64,000 nt of DNA, taken from positions 38,936,001 to 39,000,000 of the forward strand of contig NC_043005.1 in the NCBI RefSeq assembly GCF_006345805.1. The letters are read 5' to 3'. The position numbers and the translations under genes are program-made. The DNA comes from Octopus sinensis. Lineage: Eukaryota. Under the pieces are notes generated by a model that saw only the letters and a list, made by a program, of their open reading frames with translations, did not search any database and was not told where the DNA came from. Of this stretch, positions 14,882 through 27,842 are shown piece after piece (the stretch's first letter is position 1; each line of letters begins with the position of its first letter).

Positions 14882-14970
14882 ATAAGTGCATATATTTGTG
14901 TATGTATATATATAAGTGCATATATTTGTGTATGTATATATATAAGTGCATATATTTGTGTGTGTATGTT
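14882..14970. repeat. 30-bp minisatellite, about 3 copies
   Basis: ATAAGTGCATATATTTGTGTATGTATATAT repeated in tandem. Confidence 0.9.
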
Positions 14971-15671
14971 TGAGTGCTTTTGTCTGACATGAATTTAGAG
15001 AGATAATAGACCGAGAGATAATGAACAAATGCAAAAGAGTGTTATATATGTGTATGTGGGGGGAGATAGAATACGCTGTGTGTTCGATGGTGGGTGATCA
15101 ATTATATAGATCAATCAATAGCATGGTTTCATACACATATCCAAACCACTAATATCATTGGTAGTTATGAATCGGCGGTAGGAATGGGGTCGGAACTATC
15201 AATGAATATTCGGCAACTAACGTTACGCATTTTGTTTTCCAGGATTTGGGGATCTCAGTACAATTATATTAAATACCGGTTGATATATATTCTGTTCTAT
15301 GTTTCGTAATTTAGTATGTAGAATTTGTCCTAAGGACTTAAATCGTTTCATCCTACTTCCTGGCTAAGGTCCCCTGAAGAAAGTTTCGAAAGGAAGGATT
15401 TCTTGAAAAATGACATGCGGAAAAGTTTTCATGTTACTCGAATTATATAATAATGTTGTTTGCGGTTTGCAGCTACAATTCTGGTCTTTAGTGATTATGT
15501 TTATTCCTTGTACACCCACCCACTATCCATAATGTTTGTAGCTTTGATCTGAAGTAATTGTTCTATAAGAGGTTCGGTTGTACTTTCATTTTTATTAAAA
15601 ATAAAGCTGCTTAGAATGTTTACCGATATATATATATCGTGTATATACGCATTGTGCATATGTATACTATA

Positions 15672-15845
15672 TCAGGTCCCTCTTAGTTATTACTGAAACG
15701 TAACCCTGTACAACTTCTCTCATGGTCAGGAGATCGACAACAACAAGCTTGCTTGGCGAGAAGGATGATTATTGGACACCATGCAGGAGGAAAAACAATA
15801 TCTATCAAAGAGAAGAGGAACGTATAAGTGTCAATGGTCACCCAG
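15672..15845 (+). repeat. Unclassified repeat family X, 5' portion (copy C)
   Basis: Aligns with 33214-33400 (ACGTAACCC.GTACAAC..CATGGTC..CAAG.TTGCTTGG.GAG..TTATTGGACACC.TGC.GGA.GAAAAACAA). Confidence 0.7.
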
Positions 15846-16766
15846 TGGAGCTGTACTGTTTATCAGTCTCATTGTATACTTTCACTAACATTTGCTACCA
15901 GTACAACCAAATAGTTTGAAGGGTAGCACTCAAGACATTACTACTTTAAAGAAGTAATTTATGGGCTGTCCACGGAATTTGGTTACTCCTCTTTTTATCA
16001 ACATCATCATGAAATAGGAAAAGAAGAGAAGGGAATATATACATGTGCGTACAGTTAGTGTCTGACGAACCGGTGTGGATGAAACTTCAGATTCAAATCA
16101 TCAGCATTTTATTCACACACACACATAAACACGCATGTACTCACACACATACATATATAGCCACAGACGCATTCGTACACATGGGCGTATGAATGTACAT
16201 ACATGAACATGCATCTATATGTGAATTTTGAAGCAGATACGAACAACACATTATAGATACTTCTTATGCGCATATGAAAATTTCGTCTCTATCAAATAGT
16301 GTCTTAGAGATCGACTTACCAAAATTCCATCTAGCTTTTCTGCTCAATGATAAGCAAAGCGAAATAATTTATCTACGACAACTCTAATATGGCTTTCTGC
16401 TCTCTTAAAATGTTTTGAACAACAGTAATTTTACTTCCGCGTCAATAAAATTGGAATAACCGCTAACTGAAACCAGTAAGCTGTTTTCATGTACGTTACC
16501 CAGGGGGCTCATTTTGCTGGCTGCTTATCACTGACATCTCGGCGTCTAAGACCATAAAGCTATTTCTGTTTTCGTTGCTGACACTCAATCCGACTGTTGT
16601 CTACAACGTTATGCCTTAATTTTCATGACAATATTTCATTAGCAAAATAAACACGAATACAAATATAAAAATATGAAGAATGCACATATTTGCTTCAATA
16701 TTCAAACTCGCACAGATATACACATCTGCATGCATTACACACACACACACAATCACACACATTCAA

Positions 16767-16799
<33 letters not shown>

Positions 16800-17238
16800 C
16801 ATACATAAATATATATATATACGTATAAACATATATATACGTTTATATATATATATATATAAGTATATATACAAAAGTATGTATATGTATGCATATATGT
16901 GTGTAAATATGTGTATATATATATATATAATATATATATATGTGTATATATATGTATATATATATATGTGTATATATATATGTGTATATATATATATGTG
17001 TATATATATATGTGTATATATATATATATATATACACACACACATACATACATCCGTATGTATATATGTATGTATATATGTATGTATGTATGTATGTGTA
17101 AACACACATACACAACTATTTGCATATACATATAGATACGCTCATTTGTATGTGTTTTGGTAAGTAATTTTCCAAAATTTTACAAACTATGGTAATGTAC
17201 ACACATGCAGACATAGATACATATATAGACATATAAAT

Positions 17239-17279
<41 letters not shown>

Positions 17280-17382
17280 ACACATATATATATATATATA
17301 TATACATGCATGCATACATACATGCATATATATATATATATTTATATACATACATACATACATACATACATACATACATACA

Positions 17383-17416
<34 letters not shown>

Positions 17417-17819
17417 CATATATATATGACTTAAAATTTACCATGTTTGCTTTTACGACAGTTCAGATAGATTAAGATAAATTATAGAAAACTGATAACA
17501 ATATTTTTTTTATTAATTTTGTTCTTATTTATTAATATTATCATTATTATTAGTATTATCCTTATTATTACTAGTGTTTTTATTATTATTGTTCATATTA
17601 TTGATATGTTGGTTTGTGATACTTTGCGCGAGATTTTTCTATTTATTCAGAAATAAAACTAAATTACTATGAGATAAAACGAACAAATTATTGCATTTTC
17701 GCAGAGTTAAACAAGTTTCGATAGTATCAAATGAGGAAATTGCCCATTTGATCTCTCGTTTGGCAATAATATATGGACTTCTTATCTAGAATGGAAAACA
17801 TAGTTATATGGTGACGAAT

Positions 17820-17985
<166 letters not shown>

Positions 17986-18800
17986 TTAAGCTGCATGTTT
18001 GTTGCAATCATTTACCGAGACACACCCAGCGCCCTAGGGGAAGGATAAAACATGTTACAGTATAACTGAAACCTGGAGGAGGGGAAGTGGAAGGGACAAG
18101 AGTCACATATTTCCATGAAATGCAACACATGATATTGATGGGTTTTTTTTCTAAAGATATGGGCAGTAATTGTCAGCACAATCTTTTGGATTTTTCTGAG
18201 ACATGGGATATTATCTAGATGTTTCTGACATCTTTTTTTTTTACCATACCTAGGGCACCTACAATAATAGGAACAGTATTGGTTTAAGATGTCACATCTT
18301 TTGTATTTCAATTTCTAGGTCCTTATATTTACTAAGTTTGTCAAATTCGTTTACAGATACATATTTATCCGTGGAAACACTTACATCTATTAGTCCACAA
18401 ATATTTTCTTCCCTGTCTTTAATAATTATGCCTGATCGATTAGCCTGGATCGTTCTGTCAGAAGATAATGACATTCTTACCTTTAACGACTGGCTACCAT
18501 ACCATTTCACCCCTCTCATCACACATTCTGCATTTGTCGCTATGGATACTGTTGTCAATTTTACACTTCATATAATTGGTCCTTGACGTTTGTTCTTGAG
18601 CTGCACATATGAGTGCTTCTGTCTCAATCTTCAGGTCATTCTTCCTCTTCCCTAACCGCTCTGTGTCTGTCTTGGCGTTAAGATATCTTGCCAACTGACC
18701 GTGCATTTTCTCCTTCCATGCATTTTCGTTTTTTATTTCTTGTTTGAATATTTCTTTAGTTACACAATTTTCAGTTTTGATGACGCCGGCCTTCTTCGTG

Positions 18801-18802
<2 letters not shown>
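17986..18802 (-). mobile_element. R4/Dong-clade non-LTR retrotransposon, 5'-truncated (zinc knuckle + restriction-like endonuclease remnant)
   Basis: Minus-strand translation: WKEKMHGQ...LKIETEALICAAQEQ..RTNY....KCRMC, then DRTIQANRSGIIIKD...LIDVSV..KLSKYKDLEIEIQKM, then a frameshifted TVPIIVGALG. These are typical R4-clade C-terminal motifs. (TAA)n lies on both sides. Confidence 0.85.
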
Positions 18803-18852
<50 letters not shown>

Positions 18853-18858
18853 GTAATA

Positions 18859-18908
<50 letters not shown>

Positions 18909-19410
18909 AATAATAATAATAATAATAATAAGCAAAATAAAACGAATTTTTCCAGCGTCTAGGCTTAAAAAAGCCCTCAATGTTGGTTTCTTTGTCCTGT
19001 TTTTATTCTTTATGTGTACTGTATTTTTATTTGTATTGCTTTTACGTCCTGTTCTTGTCACTTTTTTTCTTTCTTTGTCTTACCCCTCTGCAAAAGAATT
19101 TTATTTAATTCATTTTGCAGGAAGGACTGCTTCGGCCGGATCGTGTTCTGCCCTTACCTTCGAAACACGCATTGAGTCGAACCAGGGGCAGCTGATGAAG
19201 GGGAATATTCCTTGTATTTTTTGTCTTGTACTCTGTTTTTTCGTTGTTAAAAACAAGTCCGTTTCCGAGTTTGTTTTTATGTTTTCGTTTCTCGTTGTGT
19301 TCTACGTTTATTTGTGCTGTCCTGTACTCATATATATATATATATATATAAAACATTATTGGTGAATTGAGGAAATGGAGCTGAACGCAGATTGAACAGA
19401 AATCGTTTTA

Positions 19411-19498
19411 TTTCATTCTACACGTGTTTCGAAAGGCACAAATTACCAAAATCCGATTGAATAATGGGACCATATTGTGTCTTTCTCTTCAGGAAGAA
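19411..19498 (-). ncRNA. Type-I hammerhead ribozyme, mirror copy in the left arm
   Basis: Exact reverse complement of 19642-19729. Confidence 0.75.
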
Positions 19499-19641
19499 AA
19501 AAGGAAATCCGTTAGAGAAACAAAAACAGAACAGAGGCGGAGCAAAAACCAAATCGAACTATGCTCCTAAGAGCCCATGGCGAAACTCTAGTTTTTGCTC
19601 CGCCTCTGTTCTGTTTTTGTTTCTCTAACGGATTTCCTTTT

Positions 19642-19729
19642 TTCTTCCTGAAGAGAAAGACACAATATGGTCCCATTATTCAATCGGATTTTGGTAATTT
19701 GTGCCTTTCGAAACACGTGTAGAATGAAA
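19642..19729 (+). ncRNA. Type-I hammerhead ribozyme with palindromic stem III
   Basis: ttcttc-CTGAAGA(19648-54)-GAAAGACACAA...TTGTGCCTTTC-GAAA(19710-13)-CACGTG-TA-gaatgaaa. The core is intact, stem II has 10 of 11 pairs, and the predicted GUA cleavage is after 19721. Confidence 0.8.
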
Positions 19730-19920
19730 TAAAACGATTTCTGTTCAATCTGCGTTCAGCTCCATTTCCTCAATTCACCAATAATGTTTTAATTTCATTA
19801 TCCGCACCAACCAGATGGTTGTACCTCCAACCGTGCTGTTTACTGCTGTGATTTTTGCTACTAAGGTATCGGTTAACTTTTGATTAATCTACAACAAGAT
19901 TATTCATCGTTCTATTTCAC

Positions 19921-19957
<37 letters not shown>

Positions 19958-20249
19958 TATATATATATATATATATATATATGCATGTATATATACATAT
20001 AGATGTAGGTACGTACATTTATGTATGTATATATGCATATATTTTATTTATTAAATTGTTATTATATATATATATATATTGATAAAAACGGTAAGACAAC
20101 AAAAGAAAGAAAGATACCTCGATATTATATAAATAGAGGAATTTATCTGTAAATGTAATATGTGACAATTATTCGGTAGCCATGAATAAACTCCGAGTTT
20201 CGGAGGCCGAGGTGGATGGCAGTTATCCAGCCATCGGAAAAATCCTAAG

Positions 20250-20288
<39 letters not shown>

Positions 20289-20710
20289 GTGTGTGTGTGT
20301 GTGTAATGAAATATGAATTAGAAGCAGGATAATGTTGTGAGATTTATCGAACACACACTGAATGTATCAGCTTTGGTTGTTCGGTGTTACGCTGTGATTT
20401 GATGCAGGGGAAATGACTATGCAGGGGTGAGTCGTCTCGCTTGTCTATGACTTGCAAGTGTTTTAACATGACGCGTTAACTCGCAACCTACTGGCGAACA
20501 AACGAAGTGTGCTCGACAATGTTAACATTAGCGCTGCTTCTAATTTATATTTTATTCTATTCCTACGTAAGCATCATTGGGGCATACCAGCAGATGGATT
20601 TTAATCTATTCTACATGTAGTCATAGACTGACAATTCAACTCACCTCCATTTCGGTTCAGATACGGTTAATAAGGCTTTAAAATGACGAAACATCGATGT
20701 CCATCACTCC

Positions 20711-20774
<64 letters not shown>

Positions 20775-22868
20775 ATATATATATATATTTAATGTGCAAA
20801 CAAATAGGTCGCATATAGTGTCTTGGGCCAGACAAGAAAAAAGTATGAATCGTTATACAGTTCAACTGCCCTGATGGTGTGAATATTACTTCGAAAATCA
20901 AAATGAAAGAGGGTAATTACAAGCAACTTCTTCGAAACATCCAATATCTATACCTGGTTTATAAATTCACATTTATACCAATAATAATTAATACACTTGG
21001 TTTTGTCAGTAAATGGCAAAGTGGCAATCTAAGGTTTCCAGAAAAAGAAAACCAATTAAGACCTACATTACAAATACAATCTTTAAGCGGAAAAGTAAAA
21101 AATGCAAAACTTATATTGACCTCAACATAATTTTGTTATAACATTCCAGCGATGTAGCTTTGTATCTTTGTTAGAAAAGGAGCTCCTTCCATACAGCTCC
21201 TTCAAATGATTAAAAATAGAAAACACGCATGCATATAACTTTGGAATATTTTGAAACCACAGTTCGTAAAATACTTCACTTTTACTGAACTGGCGTTGAG
21301 TGACAGGCTATTCTTTACACAATTAATGAACACATATATACATACAATAGTAGTGAAGTTCAGTGTCGATTAATAATCCACACTTCGTTCCTGTGATTAC
21401 ATGGCATTGTATCCGATTTCACAAAGAATGGGCTCATTGAATATTTACGTAAAGGTATCTCAGAAAAGGATTATTTTTAACTTTCAATTATAAATCTCAA
21501 TACTAGACAAGAAATCGGAATAGTAAGGGAACTTGTTGAGGATTGTCGCCAAATATAGGTAGAACACAATTGTATAACGGGGCACAATGGCTGTTCGTCA
21601 GTTAAGGAAGTGAGAGTCAATATATCTTAATTGAAAGTTAAGTACATAAGACGAGTCGATTATACTATGAACCCATACTATTGATATAATACAAAGGTAG
21701 TTAACTGAGAAAGCGTAGAGCACCGTAATTACAAAATGCTACCGTTCTAAAATTTACCACTCTGACAATAAGCAACTTGTGTATTATATTAGTGAGAAGT
21801 ATCGAGTGATAGAGCTAACTTTTGAATCTGAGCAGAGAAAATATTAGATTATATGATACAGGGAAAATATTGAATTATATGATAAAGGGAAAATATTACA
21901 TTGTATCAGCTTTCATCCCGCTGTAACTGAATCGAACTTACAATCTAATGCATTGCGTTGGACCACACTAAATTCTTCACAGTATAATCAACAACAAACG
22001 TTTCCTGAAACATTAAACCATTACTTCAATTGGGTTTTGTCTCGTATTTCTAAATCGGATACATAATAGTAAATTTCCTTTTGTCTTCATACAAGAATTC
22101 GAAATATCTGTCTTCCCATCTTAAAACCTGTCAAATAGACAATACACTTTGTTATCAACAGTAATGAACGGAATCGGATCCGTCAGAGTGATTCATATCC
22201 TAAAACTAGGTAGTTAATAACCAGGTGGGGTTGGCTTTAAATACCTTTGTAATGCATAAAAGGTATCGCCGGATTTCAAACAATTCCAAATACTGAATCT
22301 TCCTAGGTTACGATGTATGTGTCTTGCTGAGATGTAGCAAATTTGGATGACTATTAGACTTTAATATGTATAGATATCTGCTTCTCAAAGCAGAATAGGA
22401 AAGTCTGTTGGTAATGAATTTGGAACAAGGGCGAATTTATACACTTCCACTTAAAAGGTATTGAATTATAAGGCAAAGAATATATTAACTTATAGGCATT
22501 GGCTAAAATGAGTTACAGCATACATTTGTGTTTTATTTAATGAATTTTAAAGGTGACTGAGTCCACTACACACACTCACACACATGCATATATATAAACC
22601 TGCTTCACCACGTGTCTCAACAGCAAGAAATTATTAGTAACTTTTATTTCAATAGTGTACATTAAGAGATTTGGATCCCTCTCTACGTGGAGTACTTTTT
22701 TCTTAATCTCACTATAATGCGTGCGTGTGTGTGCACGTGTGTGTGTGTGTGAGCTTTATGCAAGAGAGACTCGGTTCGTTTGCGTCTCTATGTGGGCGCA
22801 CGTGTTCCCTTTTTGCATATATTATATATATATATATATGTATATATCTATATCTATATCTATATCTA

Positions 22869-22962
<94 letters not shown>

Positions 22963-22967
22963 ATATG

Positions 22968-24055
22968 TATGTATGTATATGTACATGCAACACACATACA
23001 CATACGTACGATCTGTATATATATTTTTTGCATGGATGCACTTGCATGCGTTTGAGTTCATGCATGTATGGACGTGTGCGTTTGCGTTGGCATGTGTGTG
23101 TGTGTGTGTGTGTGTGTGCATGTGATGTTGTACGTTGCGTGTATATACGTGTGTGGGTGTGCACTGTGCAAGAGCGTAAAATATAAATGTCGGAAAGGAA
23201 AAAGACGAAAAAAAATTGAGGAAGAATGTAAGATAGGCGGAAGGGTAAAGAGTTGAGACAGAGAGGGAGATTAAACAGAAACTGAGAGGAAAAGAGAGGG
23301 AAATTGGTTGGGGATGAGTGTGGGTGGAATGAGTTGCATTTCGTTAACCTGTCAGGTATTTGCCCTGCTGCAACCGACAGGGTGTTAAACATGAATGTTT
23401 TAACAAACAAGACACCCTCGTGCACACATACTCTCTCACTCTATCTATGTATCTATCTATATATCTATTTCTCCCTCTCTCTTTCTTTGCTTATATATAT
23501 AATATATATATATATATAGATATATATATATGTATTATGTATATGTACATGCAACACACATACACATACGTACGATCTGTATATATATTTTTTGCATGGA
23601 TGCACTTGCATGCGTTTGAGTTCATGCATGTATGGACGTGGGCGTTTGCGTTGGCATGTGTGTGTGTGTGTGTGTGTGTGTGCATGTGATGTTGTACGTT
23701 GCGTGTATATACGTGTGTGGGTGTGCACTGTGCAAGAGCGTAAAATATAAATGTCGGAAAGGAAAAAAGACGAAAAAAAATTGAGGAAGAATGTAAGATA
23801 GGCGGGAAGGGTAAAGAGTTGAGACAGAGAGGGAGATTAAACAGAAACTGAGAGGAAAAGAGAGGGAAATTGGTTGGGGATGAGTGTGGGTGGAATGAGT
23901 TGCATTTCGTTAACCTGTCAGGTATTTGCCCTGCTGCAACCGACAGGGTGTTAAACATGAATGTTTTAACAAACAAGACACCCTCGTGCACACATACTCT
24001 CTCACTCTATCTATGTATCTATCTATATATCTATTTCTCCCTCTCTCTTTCTTTG

Positions 24056-24075
<20 letters not shown>
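22968..24075. repeat. Tandem duplication, unit 564-566 bp, two near-identical copies bounded by (TA)n
   Basis: GTACATGCAACAC at 22981 and 23545; duplicated ORF starts at 23304 and 23870. The differences seen are one substitution and two homopolymer indels outside the microsatellites. Confidence 0.95.
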
Positions 24076-24097
<22 letters not shown>

Positions 24098-24262
24098 ATA
24101 TATATGTCTGTGTGTGTGTGTGTGGTGTGTGTGTGTGTGTGCGTGTGTGTGTGTCAGTTTATCTAACAAACTATTTAGCTATCTTTCTTCCTATCGATCA
24201 GTCTGTTTACCTATCAATCAATCAATCTCTCTCTCTCTCTTTCTCTCTCTCTTTATCTATCA

Positions 24263-24333
<71 letters not shown>

Positions 24334-24334
24334 A

Positions 24335-24393
<59 letters not shown>

Positions 24394-25236
24394 AATCTTC
24401 TGTCTATCTATCTATCTTTCTGTCTGTCTGTTTGCCTGTCATCACGTTGTCTCTGTTTCGTTCTTTCTATGTCACCTTCACTGTTTTCTAATCGACATTT
24501 ATCTTGTGTTTTGTGAAGGTTATCAAAATTGCAATATTTAACTTGCTTTTATTATTATTTTTTTTTTTGTTTCAATATCTTATCCGTGAATCGCAACAAA
24601 AATAGACGCTTGATCGGAAAGCATAGCAAATGAAAGAAAATATCTCCTATAATTTTGTAAATCTCGTATGCGTGTGCATGCGCGTGGGTGAGTGCTTCCA
24701 CTGGAGTGAGAGTATGCGTTTGTGAGAATGTGTAAGTGTGTATTGTGCGGGGATGTGAACGTGTGCTTCTGCGGGAGGGTATGCGTGTGCGTGTGTTTGG
24801 ATATTTTTTTGTGTTTTTGTCAGAAGAGTGAACAATAGGTAGACCCTTTATTTTCAAAGATCTACCATCTACTTTTGCAATATTTCTGCGTAGATGCCAT
24901 CAGCTCTGCATGGCCATGAACAATAGCTCGGTATACATAGCCGATGAAGCGTAAAGACGCAGAAATGCATGCGTTCTATGGTTCAGTAACGCCATTTATA
25001 TTCTAGGGGGTTGTTTACACGAAGCATGGAAAAATATTTTCCGAGAAGGGGATCACATGCAACATTGTTCATCCTCATGCGGTTTGAGATACAAAAAATA
25101 TTCACGGAAAATTCTCGATTAGGCGTGCCTTTTAGAATGTCCCACGAGTCACATTTAACCCTCCAACTGTTTTACGTCCTCGAGACAAGATATACACACG
25201 TGTGTGTATGTGTGTGCATATATATATATATATATA

Positions 25237-25303
<67 letters not shown>

Positions 25304-25569
25304 TGCGTATATATATGTATATACATGCGTTTCTGCGTGTGTGCCTGTGTGCGTATGTGTGTGTGTGTGTGTGTGTGTGTGCATCTCTATCATTGTGCCT
25401 GTATGTTCATATGTTCATATGTATATTTTGATAATGGCAGTGTTGCAGATTGATTTAAGGATCAAGAGATTCGGAAGAAACTATGGCCATTGACTGATAC
25501 TCTAACTTCAACTTATTGCTAATAATAATATTCATGATGATGATGATGATGATGATAATAATAATAATA

Positions 25570-25601
<32 letters not shown>

Positions 25602-25872
25602 GCAATATATATATATATGTGTGGGTGTGTGTGTGTGTGCGTGTGTAAATACATATAATCATACTTTTATTTCAATTTTCCTGTTTATATCTTCAAACGT
25701 GTGTGTGTGTGTATATGTATATATCTATACGTATATGTATATATATATATACATATATATTATATATATATAAATATAAATATATTTATATATATATATA
25801 TATATATTATATATACATATATAAAGATATAAAGTATATATATATATATATTTTCCTGTGAGAGAGCCATCT

Positions 25873-27745
25873 CTCTTCCAAAAAGATGGCTCTCTCACAG
25901 GAAATCCCACGAGGATAAATGAAATACTGAACGAACAATTCCAAAGTGTGTTCACTACACCTCTAGGACACAGGCAAGTAAACAACCCAGAATAATGTTT
26001 TGCCACGTTACCTACGGCCAAAGAGGCAAAAATTGAGTACATCAACATCGAAGATGATGATTTCACACTAGCCATAGATGAGATTGACACAAACTCAGCT
26101 GCTGAACCTGATGGATTCCCAGCGATCCTTCTCAAATCGTGCAAACGAGCCCTTGCAAAACCGCTACAGCTTCTTTTTCAGAGCTTTCTTGCAAGTGGTA
26201 AGCTCCCAGTCAAATTGAAAGAGGGGGTAATATGCCCTATCCATAGGGGAGGTAGCAGAGCAGATGCTAAAAATTATAGGCCTATCTCTCTGACCTCACA
26301 CATCAGCAAAGTCATGGAACGAATAGTCTGTAAGAAACTAATCACGTTCCTTGAAGAAAATGACTTGTTGTCTGACACCCAGCATTGATTGCGACCGGGT
26401 AGAAGCTGCCTAACACAGCTCCTGCAACACTATGACTGGGTGTTGAAACAGCTACTAAATGGCTCAAATGTGGATGTAATATATCCCGACTTTGCAAAAG
26501 CCTTTGATAAGGTCGACCATGGTATGATCTGTCACAAACTGCGTGGTCTCGGCATAGGCGGAAAACTTGGGGAGTGGCTGCACAACTTCCTAAAAGACAG
26601 AAAACAGGCAGTTGTGAGCAATGGAGCCACCTCCAAGGAAACACAAATAGCAAGCGGTGCCCCACAGGGCACAGTCTTGGGGCCACTGATGTTCATAGTG
26701 GCCCTTTCAGACATGCCTTCAGTTGCTACGATGACCACCCTTGCTAGCTATGCAGATGACACAAAAGTCTCCCACGCAATACAAAACCCTGAAAATATTG
26801 CGCATATGCAACAGGAGTTGGACACAATATACAGGTGGGCTGAGGACAACAACATGCAGTTTAATGCAGGTAAGTTCCAGGCCCTGCGCTACTGGCACAC
26901 AAAGGTAAACGATGTGCAGACTGGATACACTGGCCCAGGAAGAATTGCAATCCCTGAGTCAAAATCAGTGCGTGACCTGGGCATTGACATGAGCAATGAT
27001 GCATCTTTCCAAGTGCATATTGCTAATCTGGTGGTAAAATGCAGACGGCTAGCTGGATGGATTCTCCGAACTTTCAGAACAAGAGAGAAGGAGACACTGA
27101 TGGTCCTATGGAAAACATTCGTCCTCAGCCGCTTGGACTACTGCTCCCAACTGTGGTCACCACACAATATAAAACTAACAGCAGAACTCGAAGCAATTCA
27201 GAGAAGCTACACAAAGAAAATCGTCTCAATGCAAAATATCAGCTACTGGGAAAGACTGAAGGTATTAAACCTCTTCTCCCTAGAGCGGAGGCGGGAGAGA
27301 TATGCGGTGATATAAATCTGGAAAATCCTGGAGGGTCTTGTCCCAAACTTTGGCATTCAAAGTTACCCCAACCGCAGAACGGGGCGCCACTGCATGGTGC
27401 CAAGGATTCCAACATCACCATCAAAACACAGGTCCAGATACTGCAACAGCTTGGGTTTCAGAGGACCACAGCTCTTTAACATCCTCCCTAAATGCCTGAG
27501 AGACTTACATGGTGTAGATGTGGGTTTCTTTAAAACTAAACTGGATCTCTTCTTGTCAGGAGTCCCAGATGAACCTACATCACGACAGGAGACACAGATG
27601 CGGGCAGCAGCATCGAACTCCCTTGTTGATCAAGTGCCACGTATCAGAGGCGGATTCAGAAATTAGTGTAGCTCATTCAGCGGTGGTGCCCCAGCATGGC
27701 CGCGGCCTTCGGGCTAAAACATTTTTTAAAGGATTTTAAGGATTT
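25873..27745 (+). mobile_element. CR1-group (CR1/L2-like) LINE, 5'-truncated ORF2 RT + 3' UTR + tail
   Basis: A single reading frame 25882-27666 with stops at 25993, 26386 and 27313. Motifs: NYRPISLTSHISKVME, YPDFAKAFDKVDH, PQGTVLGP, YADD, LDYCSQLWSP, LERRRER. The tail is TTTAAAGGATTTTAAGGATTT. Confidence 0.92.
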
Positions 27746-27798
27746 ATATATATATATATATATATATACTTTCTTTATAAGTAGCAGAAATATAACAA

Positions 27799-27842
27799 AA
27801 GCTGTTACTCAGAGTTTCACGTTCCCGTTCGTCGGACAGTTT
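27799..27842 (-). ncRNA. Compact type-I hammerhead-like motif with a U4-to-C core variant
   Basis: Minus strand reads aactgt-CCGACGA-ACG(GGAA)CGT-GAAA-CTCTGAG-TA-acagctt. Stems I-III all pair, stem II has a GNRA loop, and the triplet is GUA. Confidence 0.6.

Larger units (their letters stand above)
19349..19791. repeat. Perfect inverted repeat: 201-bp arms (19349-19549, 19591-19791) with a 41-nt spacer; Penelope pLTR-like
   Basis: The arms are reverse complements by direct comparison; each arm carries a hammerhead motif on one strand. Confidence 0.95.

Noticed and set aside
19100-19215. GAAACACGCA and CTGATGAAGGGG half-motifs
   Set aside because: They do not assemble into one hammerhead in any permutation; probably decayed pLTR pieces.
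20160-20250. Hammerhead-like string CCGATGG...GAAACTCGGAGTT on the minus strand
   Set aside because: Two core mismatches and no credible stem I or II; kept only as a possible relative of 27799-27842.
24882-24968. 10-bp inverted repeat ATTTCTGCGT/ACGCAGAAAT
   Set aside because: Too short and isolated to exceed chance in 64 kb.
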